Shown one piece after another: positions 18,731 through 29,109 of a stretch of 64,000 bases of DNA. The stretch comes from an uncultured Gammaproteobacteria bacterium (GTDB taxonomy: Bacteria > Patescibacteriota > Microgenomatia > UBA12405 > JAHJSD01): contig CAYRYE010000001.1 in assembly GCA_964428655.1 (NCBI GenBank), positions 137,328 through 201,327 of the forward strand, read 5' to 3'. Within the stretch, counting starts at the first letter, position 1. The number at the start of each line of letters is the position of its first letter. The position numbers and the translations under genes are program-made. The notes beneath the pieces were generated by a model. It saw nothing but the letters and a program-made list of their open reading frames with translations, ran no database searches and was not told the DNA's origin.

Positions 18731-20242
18731 CTAGTATTTTTTTGTTACCCGGTATTCTAAACGTTTTCCAAAAAGGAGTCTAGTTTGAGCATCTAGACCT
18801 GGCAGAACAGCCATGAATAAAGTAGCGACCGGCATCAGCAGCCATTGAAGGAGATAGGGGAGTTTCTGAAAGAAAGAAGGCTTTTCTTTAGTTTCTGGCT
18901 TGAGTCGCTTGTCAAGAATAATAATTATGAACAGCGAGAAGAGGCAAGTGGTTAAAATCAGTCTGGAGAATTTTGGTAGATTATAGCCAAAGGAGGTTTG
19001 GAAAAATTTGGGATTTAATAAAGGAGGCAAGATTGCCCCAAGTGTAAGAATAAACCAATTTGTTGACCAAATTAAATGCGTTTTGAGAAGCTTATAAATC
19101 CGTAAAAACTTGACTAAAAAAGGAATCTCTGGATGTTTCATGGCTTGCTCTATAGCGTAAGGAATGTCAGTGGCTCCCCAAGCATGACGCTGACACTGAA
19201 GGTATCTATTTTTCAAAGCCTCAAGATAGGTTTCCCCTTCCGGAGCATCAATATTGGTGGGAATGAATATTGGATTAACTGACACTTTGCCTTTTTTGGC
19301 AAAGAAAGACTGTAGAAATATATGCCAGTCTTCAGGAATAATATCGATATCCCAGTAGCCAACCTCATCAAGTAATTTTAGAGATAGAGAATAAGCAGAA
19401 TAGTTAAACAAAAGTCTTTCAAATTCCTGTAAATTGGCGACATGAATGATGTTGCCAATAATGCCGACAATTCTGATTGGAGCCGGAACCCGATCAATAT
19501 TGTTGTTCCAGAAAATAGGCGATTGCCAAAAGCGTAAATGTCTGTTTTTATCTTTAGCAAAATAGTATGTTAAAGCAGCAAAATATTTGGTGTTAAAACA
19601 AGTGTCGGCGTCACAACTGGTAATAGTTAAGTAGTTAATATCCCAGCCCAGTTGATCGACTAATAATTTCTTTACTTTTTTTGCCGCCCAAGCTTCGTTT
19701 GAAGCTTTGCCTATGATTTCTCCTGGTATGTTGGCTGGATGATAAGTGGCCAAAATTTTCCCAAATTTATTTTCATATTTCTTAATTAGAATTTTGGCTC
19801 GTTGACGATGGCCCTTGGCTCTTTTTTCCATGGCTAAAACAACCACTAACCTTTGGGGACTAATGATTTTTTGTTTGGCCAAGCAATCAAGGTTTGAAGA
19901 AAGCGTTTCAATAGATTCGTTAACATTTGGAATAATGATGATGTGGTTAATTTTTTCCCAAGTCAGCCAGTCCTTTTGCCCCCTTTTTTCTTTTTGCCAT
20001 TTTTTATACCAGTTAGTTTTTCTTGCCGCTTTTATTTTAAGATAGCCTTTAATGCCCAGAATGGCCGCTTCGAAAGATTGATAGAGCCAGAAGATTAGAA
20101 AGGCAATAACAAAATAACCAACTGCTTTAGGGATTAAGAATGATCCCCAAATCAGAAAAAAGATGATGTTCCAAGCGGCTAATCCGGGAACCATTTCCAA
20201 AAAGCGATAGAATCGACGTTTCTTTGATTTTCTCGTAGTCAT
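18731..20242 (-). CDS. Membrane-embedded GT2-family processive glycosyltransferase (cellulose/chitin/hyaluronan-synthase-like).
   Basis: TSCDADT (D,D,D35 region) and LQCQRHAWGATD (Q-x-x-R-W motif), flanked by N- and C-terminal TM clusters. Confidence 0.65.
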   Translation of the reverse strand: MTTRKSKKRRFYRFLEMVPGLAAWNIIFFLIWGSFLIPKAVGYFVIAFLIFWLYQSFEAAILGIKGYLKIKAARKTNWYKKWQKEKRGQKDWLTWEKINHIIIIPNVNESIETLSSNLDCLAKQKIISPQRLVVVLAMEKRAKGHRQRAKILIKKYENKFGKILATYHPANIPGEIIGKASNEAWAAKKVKKLLVDQLGWDINYLTITSCDADTCFNTKYFAALTYYFAKDKNRHLRFWQSPIFWNNNIDRVPAPIRIVGIIGNIIHVANLQEFERLLFNYSAYSLSLKLLDEVGYWDIDIIPEDWHIFLQSFFAKKGKVSVNPIFIPTNIDAPEGETYLEALKNRYLQCQRHAWGATDIPYAIEQAMKHPEIPFLVKFLRIYKLLKTHLIWSTNWFILTLGAILPPLLNPKFFQTSFGYNLPKFSRLILTTCLFSLFIIIILDKRLKPETKEKPSFFQKLPYLLQWLLMPVATLFMAVLPGLDAQTRLLFGKRLEYRVTKKY

Positions 20243-20275
20243 CGGTGATATTTTATCATTTTTGCCTCAATTTAA

Positions 20276-21742
20276 CTATTCGTAAGTTTGGTTGAGCAGG
20301 TATATTGAGTCAGATATGTCTTGGATAGAAAAAGAATGGTAATTTTTTGATAAGTGTTGATCTAATTCCGGCCAGATTCTTTTTTCATCTTTGAGCTTGA
20401 TAATGATTTTAGGCTTGGTTTTTTTAATGGCTTCTAATGTTTCCTGAAAGCCATTGAAGTCATAAATGTGGTAGTTGACTGTGTATCGCCCTGGCGGCAA
20501 TCGTTTTGAAATGGCGTAGATGCAGGCGCCGTCTCCCCAGACAAAAACCCGGTTGTTTTCAGGAGAATGCCATTTTATAAAACGAGCTAATTTGTAATCA
20601 CTAGCTGTTTTCTCGCCCCAGTAATTTAAGTATTGTTTTTTGTTAATTTTCCCGGCGGCATAGGAGACAAAGTTTCTATAGTAAGGCAGGATGGGGTACC
20701 ACCAGAAGTTAAAATAGAGATAAGAGGCTAAAAGGATTCCGATGGCACTGCTGGTTAATACAAAATTGAAAACTGTTTTCTTATCAATGGTCAAAGCGAT
20801 TAATATTGCCAAACTAGGGGCAATTTCGATTAAATAATGGGGATAAGGACGTTCTGACAAAAGAGCGCCGAATAATCCCCAAATAAACCAGATACCAAAG
20901 AATGATAAATTAGAAGGGATTTTCTTTCGAAAGATAAAAAACATAAAAGAGAAAATTATTAATAAAGAGAATCTGACAAACAATCCCAAGTTACTGCCTT
21001 GCCAGGAAGAAAGATAACCAATGTTTTGAAGTAGGGCAGAGCGAACATAAGGCGTAAATGCTCCCTTAAGGCTGTAGTAAAATATGGTCAGCAAAATAGG
21101 CGAGAAAAAGCCGGCAATAATTCCCCAAAACCTTTTGTTTCTAAGTATTCTTATTAATGATTTAAATTGAAGTTTCTTCATGGAGATAATGTACAAAGCA
21201 AAAAGGATGCCGACTAAGTCGAATAGAATGGGTATTTTGAATAAGAAACCGATTGAGAAAAGGAAGCCGATCAATCCACCAAAAAGAAAAGTTTTTTTCT
21301 GAGGATATTGGAATAGCAGATAAACAGCCAGGCTAGCCGGCATAATCATAAACATTTCACCATTAGCAGTTCGACCTTCAAAGATTAAATAAAGAAGAGT
21401 AAAGACTATTCCGCCGGCTAAAGGAGCAATTCTGTTTTTGGTAATTCTTTTAATTAATTGATAAATGATTCCTAAATGGACTAAGTTACATATAATGGCA
21501 ATTGCTCGGAACCAAGAGAGACGGCCATTAGCAATAGCGGCAGTTAAGTATAAAAGGGGGGGTTTGTTGTCGTGGATATCCCGGTAAAAAGTTAAACCCT
21601 TGCGGAAAGCGTTGCCTAGGGTTAGATAAATACATTCATCACCATAAGAAATGGGTTCGAAAAGACTGGGGATCCAGAGAATAAGATTTATTAATAATAA
21701 AATGGCTAGTTTTTTATCAAGTTTCATTTTTCCTTGATCCAA
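20276..21742 (-). CDS. GT-C-fold membrane glycosyltransferase (ArnT/PMT_2-like).
   Basis: First loop GDECIYLTLGNAFRKGLTFYRDIHDNKPPLLYL; 488 aa, polytopic. Confidence 0.6.
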   Translation of the reverse strand: MDQGKMKLDKKLAILLLINLILWIPSLFEPISYGDECIYLTLGNAFRKGLTFYRDIHDNKPPLLYLTAAIANGRLSWFRAIAIICNLVHLGIIYQLIKRITKNRIAPLAGGIVFTLLYLIFEGRTANGEMFMIMPASLAVYLLFQYPQKKTFLFGGLIGFLFSIGFLFKIPILFDLVGILFALYIISMKKLQFKSLIRILRNKRFWGIIAGFFSPILLTIFYYSLKGAFTPYVRSALLQNIGYLSSWQGSNLGLFVRFSLLIIFSFMFFIFRKKIPSNLSFFGIWFIWGLFGALLSERPYPHYLIEIAPSLAILIALTIDKKTVFNFVLTSSAIGILLASYLYFNFWWYPILPYYRNFVSYAAGKINKKQYLNYWGEKTASDYKLARFIKWHSPENNRVFVWGDGACIYAISKRLPPGRYTVNYHIYDFNGFQETLEAIKKTKPKIIIKLKDEKRIWPELDQHLSKNYHSFSIQDISDSIYLLNQTYE

Positions 21743-23022
21743 ACAAAATAGAGTGAGTCTATTTTGTGGTAGCGGTCTATTTGATAGTTGTCAATTTTCA
21801 TAGAATCAGGATGTTCACTGCTGACTAAAGCAATTTCCTGGTTTTCAGGTAGTTGATAAACAACATCTTTTTCTGTCATCTGCGCGGTGCCGACATAAAA
21901 AGGCAATGGCCCGCCAGGTGAGTAAATTGGTGCTTTGATGCCGTAATATTTTGTTTCCCATAAATGATGAGCGGCCCCATTATAATTGGCGATAAAAATG
22001 TTTTCGGAAACATTTTCTTTAATCCAGGTAGTAAACCCACGAAACGGCTTTTTAAAAGGATGCAGAAAATAGTTGCTGCTGATAAGAAAGAAAAGAAAAG
22101 AAATAGGGATAATTAAGAAATAGCCGATTTTCCTAACTTGAGAAGCTAGCAAAAGCATAATTGGTGGGACGCAGTAAAGCAGATAGCGTTCATAAAAGAT
22201 AGACATTTTGGTTTGTGAAATAAGAAAAGTCAAAATTGGCGGCAAAATAGCCCAAGAAAGCAAAAGGAAATCAGTTTTGAGGTTTTTTCGGCGCCATTTT
22301 CTTAGGGCTAAAATTATGCCCGCCAAAATCGGAATCTTGGTTTGAATTTGGAAAACAGTTCGGTGGGTAAGAAAATTTCTGAAAGTTCCCAAAAGATGTT
22401 TTAGTTTGGGATTTCCCAGCCAGAAACCAGTTGAAACAAGGGTTGTCTGAAGATAAAGAGGATAGAGCCAGGGGATATAAAGAATGCCAATGACTAAATA
22501 AGGCTGGATGGTTTTCCAGAGATTTTGCTCTTTACACTGCAAGCCAAAAATTAATTGCCAGAGAAATTGGCTGAAAATAGGGAAAAAAGCAAAATGATGT
22601 GAATAAAGAGCGGCGGCGGCGGAAAGAATGTAGCCCCAGTTGTTTTTTTTAATAAGAAAATAAAAAGAAAGGGTGACGAAAAACAAGAGACAAAAATACA
22701 TCCGGCCCTCAAGCGCATAGGGGAATAAAAAGGGATTGAAGAAAGATAGAATAGCTGCTAGAGCTCCTGTTTTTTTATCAAAAAGTTTTTTACCGATTAG
22801 ATAAATAATAAAAACCGTTCCTAAATAAAAAAGAAGGGATAAACTGCGGATAGCGATTTCAGAAGAGCCGAAAATCTTAAACCAAAACCACATAATGATG
22901 TACATTAAAGGCGGCGAAGTATCCTTGGCAACGATTTTAATCATTGGCCAAAATGGTTCTTGGGCTAAAACTGCGCTGAATGCCTCATCTCCCCAAAGGC
23001 TGCAATTAAAGAGCGTGTTCAT
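21724..23022 (-). CDS. GT-C-fold membrane glycosyltransferase (ArnT/PMT_2-like).
   Basis: WGDEAFSAVLAQEPFWPMIKIVAKDTSPPLMYII first-loop motif; 432 aa, polytopic. Confidence 0.6.
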   Translation of the reverse strand: MNTLFNCSLWGDEAFSAVLAQEPFWPMIKIVAKDTSPPLMYIIMWFWFKIFGSSEIAIRSLSLLFYLGTVFIIYLIGKKLFDKKTGALAAILSFFNPFLFPYALEGRMYFCLLFFVTLSFYFLIKKNNWGYILSAAAALYSHHFAFFPIFSQFLWQLIFGLQCKEQNLWKTIQPYLVIGILYIPWLYPLYLQTTLVSTGFWLGNPKLKHLLGTFRNFLTHRTVFQIQTKIPILAGIILALRKWRRKNLKTDFLLLSWAILPPILTFLISQTKMSIFYERYLLYCVPPIMLLLASQVRKIGYFLIIPISFLFFLISSNYFLHPFKKPFRGFTTWIKENVSENIFIANYNGAAHHLWETKYYGIKAPIYSPGGPLPFYVGTAQMTEKDVVYQLPENQEIALVSSEHPDSMKIDNYQIDRYHKIDSLYFVWIKEK

Positions 23023-23042
23023 CCTTGGCTTAGTTTAGCATA

Positions 23043-23282
23043 TTATGAAGTTGCAGATAATTTAGATAGCTTGCTTTTAAGCCGGGCCGCTTTGTTTTTG
23101 TGGAAGATATTTCTTTTGACTGCTTTGTCCAGAGCAGAATAAACCTCTTTGAGGTTTTCCTTAGTGGGTTTTTTCTTAAAGGCTTGAATTACTTGCTTGA
23201 CTTTTGACTTAATCCGACGATTAAATACCGCCTTTTTTCTTGATTGTTTTAATGCTTTTTTGGCTGATTTAGTAATTGGCAT
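23043..23282 (-). CDS. rpsT: 30S ribosomal protein S20.
   Basis: MPITKSAKKALKQSRKKAVFNRRIKSKVK...LDKAVKRNIFHKNKAARLKSKLSKL is typical S20. Confidence 0.85.
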   Translation of the reverse strand: MPITKSAKKALKQSRKKAVFNRRIKSKVKQVIQAFKKKPTKENLKEVYSALDKAVKRNIFHKNKAARLKSKLSKLSATS

Positions 23283-23309
23283 AAAGATTCGTTTGATTTT
23301 AACACCTGA

Positions 23310-23338
23310 TTGCTAGGATGACAAGGAGTTGGTATACT
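23310..23338 (+). promoter_or_regulatory. Promoter with extended -10 (TTGCTA, 17 nt, TGg TATACT) upstream of murJ.
   Basis: TTGCTA at 23310-23315 and TGGTATACT at 23330-23338. Confidence 0.4.
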
Positions 23339-23342
23339 CCGA

Positions 23343-25031
23343 TTGGTAATGCACAGATTTCTTTTTCCCAGATTTAGAATAAAAGCGATTTTTGAGAACG
23401 GTTCAAGAATTTTTTCACGCCGTCAGTCTAGTATTTTCTCCGCAGCTGCAATTTTGGCAGTGGCTTTTGGTATTTCAGCTCTATTAGGTATTTTTAGAGA
23501 CCGCTTGCTATATGCTAAATTTTATGCTTGTTGCGCCGATCAACTTGATGCTTATAACGCTGCTTTTCGACTTCCGGACATTATTTTTAGACTTTTGGTA
23601 ACAGGGGCTCTTTCGGCTGCTTTTATTCCTGTTTTTAGTGAGCAAATTTCCAAGAGCAAGGAAAAAGCTTACCGGATGGTTTCTTCAGTAATCAATATTC
23701 TCTTTTTAGCTTTTTTGAGCTTGTCAATTATTGTAATTGTTTTTGCCTATCCTCTTTCTCGCCTGATCGCTTCTGGTTTTAGCGGTGACCAGATTTTACT
23801 TATGAGTTTGATAACCAGAATAATGGTTTCTGCTCAGATATTTTTTTTGTTAAGTAGTTTTTTAACTGGCATCCTGCAGACCTATCAGCGCTTTTTGATT
23901 CCCGCCCTGGCGCCCGTTGTTTATAACTTAGGGATTATTTTGGGTATTCAACTGTTAGCACCACGTTGGGGGATTTTTGGTCCTGCCATTGGGGTAGTGA
24001 TTGGTTCAGCTCTGCACTTCTTAATTCAGTTGCCTTTAGTTTTATCATTGGGCTTCAGGTACTCGTTTTCATTCTCTTTTCGACTCCTTGGGGTGAGGAA
24101 GATTTTAAGACTGATGCCGCCAAGGACATTAGCCTTGGGTCTAAGCGAAATTGAGGCTACGCTCTCTCTTTTTCTAGCCAGTAGTTTGCCAACGGGGAGT
24201 CTTTCCTTGTTTTACTTAGGGCAGCGCTTAACTCAATTTTTTTCACGCATTTTTGGAGTGACTATCGGCCAGGCTTGCTTGCCGGTCTTATCAAAAGAAG
24301 CCAGCAAACATCGCCTTGACAGGTTTCGAAAGACGCTTTTGGGTTCCCTACTTCAAGCTCTTTATTTGGCTTTTCCAGCAGCAAGTATTTTCTTGATTTT
24401 AAGAGTGCCGATCGTACGATTGGCTTATGGTTCAAAAGATTTTCCTTGGCAGGCAACAATTGCCACAGGGCGAATTGTTGCCTGTTTCGCTCCATTAGTC
24501 ATTTTTAATGTCATTAACGACATTTTAATAAGGGGGTTTCATGCTCTTCAGGATACAAAGACACCCCTGTTGGCATCTTTTATTTCCCTGATCAGTGTTC
24601 TGGCGGCGGCCTTATTTGCTATTTTTAAATTAGGGTTGGGCATTCATGGTTTGGCAGTGGCAATTACTTTGGCGGGATTAATTCGAGCTCTAGTTCTAGC
24701 AGTTTTGTTAATTAAAAAAGCTGAAATTAGAGATTTAGCAACGGATTTTTTCTCGCCGATTTTAAAGATGTTCTTTTCCAGTATTGTTTTGGTATTGACT
24801 AGTTGGATTTTGCTTAGAACGCTAGATCGTTATGTTTTTGATACAACCCGGATTGCGGGCCTAATAGGTTTGGCCGGAATTAGTTTTGTAGTGGGAGTCT
24901 TTGTTTATTTTGTGTTCACTTTGGCTTTAAGTTTAAAAGAAGCCCAAGTTATCTTAAAGCTGATGAGACGAATTGTGGTTTGGCCGGAATCAGCTCCGCA
25001 ATTAACAGAACTTCCTCCATTACCAGAATAG
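23343..25031 (+). CDS. murJ: Lipid II flippase MurJ (MviN).
   Basis: DAYNAAFRLPDIIFRLLVTGALSAAFIPVFSE and the overall 14-TM architecture; the start codon is uncertain (TTG at 23343 or a downstream Met). Confidence 0.85.
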   Translation: MVMHRFLFPRFRIKAIFENGSRIFSRRQSSIFSAAAILAVAFGISALLGIFRDRLLYAKFYACCADQLDAYNAAFRLPDIIFRLLVTGALSAAFIPVFSEQISKSKEKAYRMVSSVINILFLAFLSLSIIVIVFAYPLSRLIASGFSGDQILLMSLITRIMVSAQIFFLLSSFLTGILQTYQRFLIPALAPVVYNLGIILGIQLLAPRWGIFGPAIGVVIGSALHFLIQLPLVLSLGFRYSFSFSFRLLGVRKILRLMPPRTLALGLSEIEATLSLFLASSLPTGSLSLFYLGQRLTQFFSRIFGVTIGQACLPVLSKEASKHRLDRFRKTLLGSLLQALYLAFPAASIFLILRVPIVRLAYGSKDFPWQATIATGRIVACFAPLVIFNVINDILIRGFHALQDTKTPLLASFISLISVLAAALFAIFKLGLGIHGLAVAITLAGLIRALVLAVLLIKKAEIRDLATDFFSPILKMFFSSIVLVLTSWILLRTLDRYVFDTTRIAGLIGLAGISFVVGVFVYFVFTLALSLKEAQVILKLMRRIVVWPESAPQLTELPPLPE

Positions 25032-25074
25032 CTTTTTTTGACACTCTTTTTGAAGTTTAATATACTGGATTAGA

Positions 25075-25650
25075 ATGGCTGAACGCGAAATTTCCTTGCT
25101 GCCTAAAGAAAAGTGGGAAGGGACTGTTATTGGGAGGTTGATGAATTGGGTTTTCTCAGTGGGAAGATACATTATTATCTTCACAGAACTGATTGTTGTT
25201 GGCGCTTTTATATCTAGATTTTGGTTGGACAGAACGAACTCTGATTTATCGGAAGAGGTTAGACAGCAAGAGGCAATTTTAGCTAGTACTAGTGATTTTG
25301 AGAAGGAGTTTACGCTTTTTCAGTCAAGACTGAAGACAATTGCTACTGCCTTAAAAGAACCGAGCGATCCTTTATTATCTTTGGAACTAATTGTTGATAG
25401 CCTTCCCGCTGATGCGGTTCTTGTGAAATACGGTTTTTCAGGAGGGGAGAAGAACGAGGCATCGGTGCTGGCCTTGATTTTTTCCGAGTCTAGTCTGGTA
25501 GAATTTGTAGATAATCTTTTGAGTGAAAGTGAAGTCTCTTCGGTTAGGATTGGGACAATTGAAAGAAGCCAGGGAATGGCTGGAATGAAGATTCAGTTTT
25601 TAATTAGTTTCCGGAGGCCTGGTGCCAATGAAAAAACAGACAATAGCTAA
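25075..25650 (+). CDS. PilN-like type IV pilus assembly protein (bitopic).
   Basis: N-terminal EISLLPKE (INLLP-like motif), a single TM, then a coiled-coil/periplasmic domain. Confidence 0.5.
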   Translation: MAEREISLLPKEKWEGTVIGRLMNWVFSVGRYIIIFTELIVVGAFISRFWLDRTNSDLSEEVRQQEAILASTSDFEKEFTLFQSRLKTIATALKEPSDPLLSLELIVDSLPADAVLVKYGFSGGEKNEASVLALIFSESSLVEFVDNLLSESEVSSVRIGTIERSQGMAGMKIQFLISFRRPGANEKTDNS

Positions 25651-26290
25651 GCTTTTCAATAACTATCAAAAAGGATTAACAAAGGCGATTGAGAAGTATC
25701 AAGAACAAGAGGAAGCGTGGCGCTACACAGAGGTAGCCTTGACCCTGTTTACAGTGGCCTTTTTTGTTTTGTTCGCAATCAGACCGGCGGTAGTTACAAT
25801 TTCTAGTTTAGTTGGTGAGATTAAAGAAAAAGAGACAATCAGCTTGAAAATGAGAGGAAAAATAAATGCAATTATTGCTGCTCAAGAAGAATATGCCTTG
25901 GTCCAAGAAAAAGCAGATTTAATTGACAGTTTTTTACCGGTCTCTTTTAATATCAGTCAAGGTTTGACGCAAGTCATTGGCAGTGCAAATCAAAGCCAAG
26001 TAAGCTTGGGAGGAATCAGTCTCGCCGGAGTATCGCTGATTGGCGAAGAGGAAGTCAAAAAAGAGAAAGAAAAAAAGGAGGAGAATGAAAATCTCTCTGA
26101 ATTAAACTTTAGCTTTAGCAGCAAGGGAGACTATTTTAACTTAAAGCAGGTTGTTAAGATGATAGTGGAAACTAGGCGCTGGATAGACTTGACTCAGTAT
26201 CAAATTACTAAGAGCCAGAAAGAAGAGGAGCCCTTAAGCCTGACAATTAATGGAAGGTTATTCTATTGGAATGACAATGAAGAAAAGTAA
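25622..26290 (+). CDS. PilO-like pilus assembly protein (bitopic).
   Basis: Cytoplasmic N-terminus, one TM, coiled coil and a C-terminal domain; overlaps and follows the pilN-like gene. Confidence 0.4.
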   Translation: MPMKKQTIAKLFNNYQKGLTKAIEKYQEQEEAWRYTEVALTLFTVAFFVLFAIRPAVVTISSLVGEIKEKETISLKMRGKINAIIAAQEEYALVQEKADLIDSFLPVSFNISQGLTQVIGSANQSQVSLGGISLAGVSLIGEEEVKKEKEKKEENENLSELNFSFSSKGDYFNLKQVVKMIVETRRWIDLTQYQITKSQKEEEPLSLTINGRLFYWNDNEEK

Positions 26291-26591
26291 TAAAATACCC
26301 AAAAGATTAGTTTGGCTGGCGGTTCTAACTCTTTTAACTGCTTTAATTTGGGTGGCTCTTGATAGCTATCATCAATTGGTTGAAAAAGATCAGCTGAAGA
26401 AATTTAACAAGTTAATCAAGATACTTAATACTGAATTAGAGACTGATATTTTGACCGAGATCGAGGCCAGGAAGGAGTATCAGATTGATGAGATAAAGGA
26501 GTATTTTTTACCTACTCCGACTGCTACTGAACTGGAGAAAATTAGTAGTCCCAGTGCGATATCCACAGAATCAGGAGAGATTAGTGAATAA
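26250..26591 (+). CDS. Small bitopic membrane protein, hypothetical.
   Basis: A single TM (LVWLAVLTLLTALIWVAL) followed by a coiled-coil segment. Confidence 0.35.
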   Translation: MEGYSIGMTMKKSNKIPKRLVWLAVLTLLTALIWVALDSYHQLVEKDQLKKFNKLIKILNTELETDILTEIEARKEYQIDEIKEYFLPTPTATELEKISSPSAISTESGEISE

Positions 26592-27957
26592 AGAGAAAAG
26601 AATACCTACTTTTTTAGGAATAGGCCTTGTTTTGGCTCTGGTAGCCGCCTTGCTTCTTGTAAGGCGGGTGGTTGTTTTTCGGTCTGGGGCCAGTGGAGAA
26701 ACTGTTCCGAAAGAGGTTAAACTAACTAATATCACTAGTGGTTCTTTCGTTGTTTCCTGGCTGACGACAAAAAAGACTAGCGGTTTATTAGGCTTGTTGG
26801 ATAACGGCCAAGAAAGATTATTTCCCGACACTCGAGATAAAACTGGGGAGTTAGCTAAATTTACCACCCACTATATTGTAGTGGATGGGTTGGAGGGTGA
26901 TAGTCAATATGAATTTATTATTATTTCCGGCGGTCAGAAATTTTATGATTCCAGAGAAAACCCTTACCGGGCACATACCGCTAAATCGATTTCGGGAGAA
27001 TTGCCGAAAGCAAATTTGGCATCAGGAGTAGTTAAAACCCTTGATGGCGCATCAGCCAAGGGAGCAATTGCTTATGTTGCTATTGATGGAATTGCGCCTC
27101 TCTCCTCCTTGGTAACTAGTCAAGGGAATTGGGTTATTTCTCTAGCGAAAGCATTTTCTTCGGATTTGAGCCAATTAGCTAATTATCAAGAAGGACATAT
27201 ACTGGAGGAGATTTATGTTCAGGGTGGAGAGATGGGAGTAGCCACGGCCTTGGTTTACACGGAAGATGATGATCCGGTTTCCACAATTACTCTAGGCAGT
27301 CAGTATGATTTTACAGACAAAAATGGTTCCTCAGCCATAGTCGTTCCCACCTCAACGGCAGAATCAAAGTTAGCAGTCGGAGAAGAATGGGAATCATTAA
27401 GTCGTCCTTTTGAGATTATTAATCCCAATGATGGAGAGATGATTAATTTTCCCAGGCCAGAAATTTTTGGTTTTGGTCCCCGGGGAGGTAAAGTTAAAAT
27501 AGTTTTAAAGTCGCCAGTTACTCATGAGGCCGAAGTTGAAATTGATGATCTTGGTAACTGGCGTTGGTCTCCACCTCAAAACTTAATTCCTGGGTCTCAT
27601 ACTTTGAGGATTAAATATACTGATCCTGATACTGGCGAGGAGGAAGATTTTATCCGCACTTTTGTTTTGGCGGCTAGCATTGATGAAGACCAGCCATCAT
27701 TCAGCTCTACTCCTTCGGGGGCAACTGCTACTTTAACGCCGACTTTAACACCTACGGTAGTGCCGACAGCAACTATTGTCTTGTCTCCAACAGCGAGCCC
27801 AACAGCTATTTTAACGGTCACAGCGACTCCACCGCCAAGAACTAGTCAGCCCTCAACTGAATCTGGTGTTCCTGAAAGTGGCTTCTGGGAACCAACCTTT
27901 ATTTTCATCAGTGGAAGTGTTATTTTATTTTTAGTATTGGCTTTAGGCTGGATTTAG
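26554..27957 (+). CDS. Large surface protein: N-terminal TM, FN3-like/beta-rich ectodomain, Thr/Pro-rich stalk and C-terminal TM anchor.
   Basis: N-terminal TM; VKLTNITSGSFVVSWLT (FN3-like strand); [23 protein letters not shown] linker; C-terminal hydrophobic tail. Confidence 0.5.
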   Translation: MRYPQNQERLVNKEKRIPTFLGIGLVLALVAALLLVRRVVVFRSGASGETVPKEVKLTNITSGSFVVSWLTTKKTSGLLGLLDNGQERLFPDTRDKTGELAKFTTHYIVVDGLEGDSQYEFIIISGGQKFYDSRENPYRAHTAKSISGELPKANLASGVVKTLDGASAKGAIAYVAIDGIAPLSSLVTSQGNWVISLAKAFSSDLSQLANYQEGHILEEIYVQGGEMGVATALVYTEDDDPVSTITLGSQYDFTDKNGSSAIVVPTSTAESKLAVGEEWESLSRPFEIINPNDGEMINFPRPEIFGFGPRGGKVKIVLKSPVTHEAEVEIDDLGNWRWSPPQNLIPGSHTLRIKYTDPDTGEEEDFIRTFVLAASIDEDQPSFSSTPSGATATLTPTLTPTVVPTATIVLSPTASPTAILTVTATPPPRTSQPSTESGVPESGFWEPTFIFISGSVILFLVLALGWI

Positions 27958-28007
27958 TATTTGACATTAGTGGCTTTAGTCAATTAAACTGGTTTTAGGA
28001 GATTTTT

Positions 28008-29096
28008 ATGGTTAGAAAAAAACACTTTCTTTTTTTAATTGTTTCTCTTTTTCTCTTGTCAGCTTCTTTAATTGGAGGAATCGTTCTGGTTAAACAAAGA
28101 CAGGAGACAAGAAAAGGAGCTACATGTAACTGCGGCGGCGTGGTGACTCCTTGTGGAACCGAACATTGTAATACCCAAGAATGTAATAAATACAAGTGTA
28201 CTCCTAGCGGTTGGGAAAAAGTCTGTGATAATTGCTGTGGAAATTGTAGTGAACCCCAATGTGGAAATGGTACATGTGATCCTGGTGAAAATTGTGACAA
28301 TTGTCGTCAAGATTGTGAAGTTGATGGCGATTGTAGTGGAGGTGGACCGAGGAATTGCGACCCTGCCTGCGGAATTAATCAGATTTGTTGTAATGGGGTT
28401 TGTTTTGATGGTAGTACATGCGAGGGAAAAGAAACCGGTTCAGCTGATTGCTCTATTGAGGGTCATTCTTTCAAAGTTAAGTGCACTGATATTAGTGGAG
28501 GGGTAACTGGTCATTGGGCAGGTTGCAGCACTGATGAAGAATATGAAACTCTTGCCCAATGTAAGGCTAGCCAAACAGGTGTTGGTTGCGCTACTCATAA
28601 TTTCAGTGTTAATTGTGATGGTCAATGGCATACTGTTGGTAGTTGGTCGCCGAAACCCTGTACTTTTTATCAGGAAGATTTAAATGTTTATTATCCTGGC
28701 GGCACCTTAGCTTGTGGTCGGGCAAAAGTTGATTGTTGGAATGGCGATTGGTCGATTTGTGTTGCACCAACTCCAACTCCAACACCTACGCCTACACCCA
28801 CTCCGACACCGGTTTTTTCTTGTGAGTGTTTAATCCTAGAGATGTATGATTTGGATTGGGAGTTAATTACTGATTACTCTTCCCTTTTGCCGGAAACTGA
28901 AGTTTACCTTGCTGTGACTGGCGAAACTGATCATCCCGGCGGTTTAACTCGGGCGAGATTTAGGATCAATAACGGTGATTGGCAAGAGACAACTGATCGT
29001 CATAACAACAGTTTTTATATAGAGTTTGAGATTCCTGATTATGGAAGTTATTCAGTAGAGGCTCAAGTTTTCAACCCTGATTTGGGTTGGTGGTAA
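28008..29096 (+). CDS. Secreted/anchored cysteine-rich repeat protein with a (TP)n linker and a C-terminal beta-rich domain.
   Basis: Signal anchor, then dense Cys repeats (QCGNGTCDPGENCDNCRQDC, similar to myxobacterial Cys-rich repeats), then a PTPTPTPTPTPTPTP linker. Confidence 0.55.
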   Translation: MVRKKHFLFLIVSLFLLSASLIGGIVLVKQRQETRKGATCNCGGVVTPCGTEHCNTQECNKYKCTPSGWEKVCDNCCGNCSEPQCGNGTCDPGENCDNCRQDCEVDGDCSGGGPRNCDPACGINQICCNGVCFDGSTCEGKETGSADCSIEGHSFKVKCTDISGGVTGHWAGCSTDEEYETLAQCKASQTGVGCATHNFSVNCDGQWHTVGSWSPKPCTFYQEDLNVYYPGGTLACGRAKVDCWNGDWSICVAPTPTPTPTPTPTPTPVFSCECLILEMYDLDWELITDYSSLLPETEVYLAVTGETDHPGGLTRARFRINNGDWQETTDRHNNSFYIEFEIPDYGSYSVEAQVFNPDLGWW

Positions 29097-29109
29097 GTTT
29101 ATTTTTAAA

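Noticed and set aside
27597-28631. Several overlapping minus- and plus-strand ORFs (27597..27821, 27995..28300, 28068..28310, 28153..28506, 28440..28631) inside the surface-protein genes
   Set aside because: Low-complexity repeat coding regions produce open frames on all strands; only the long signal-anchored plus-strand ORFs are coherent.
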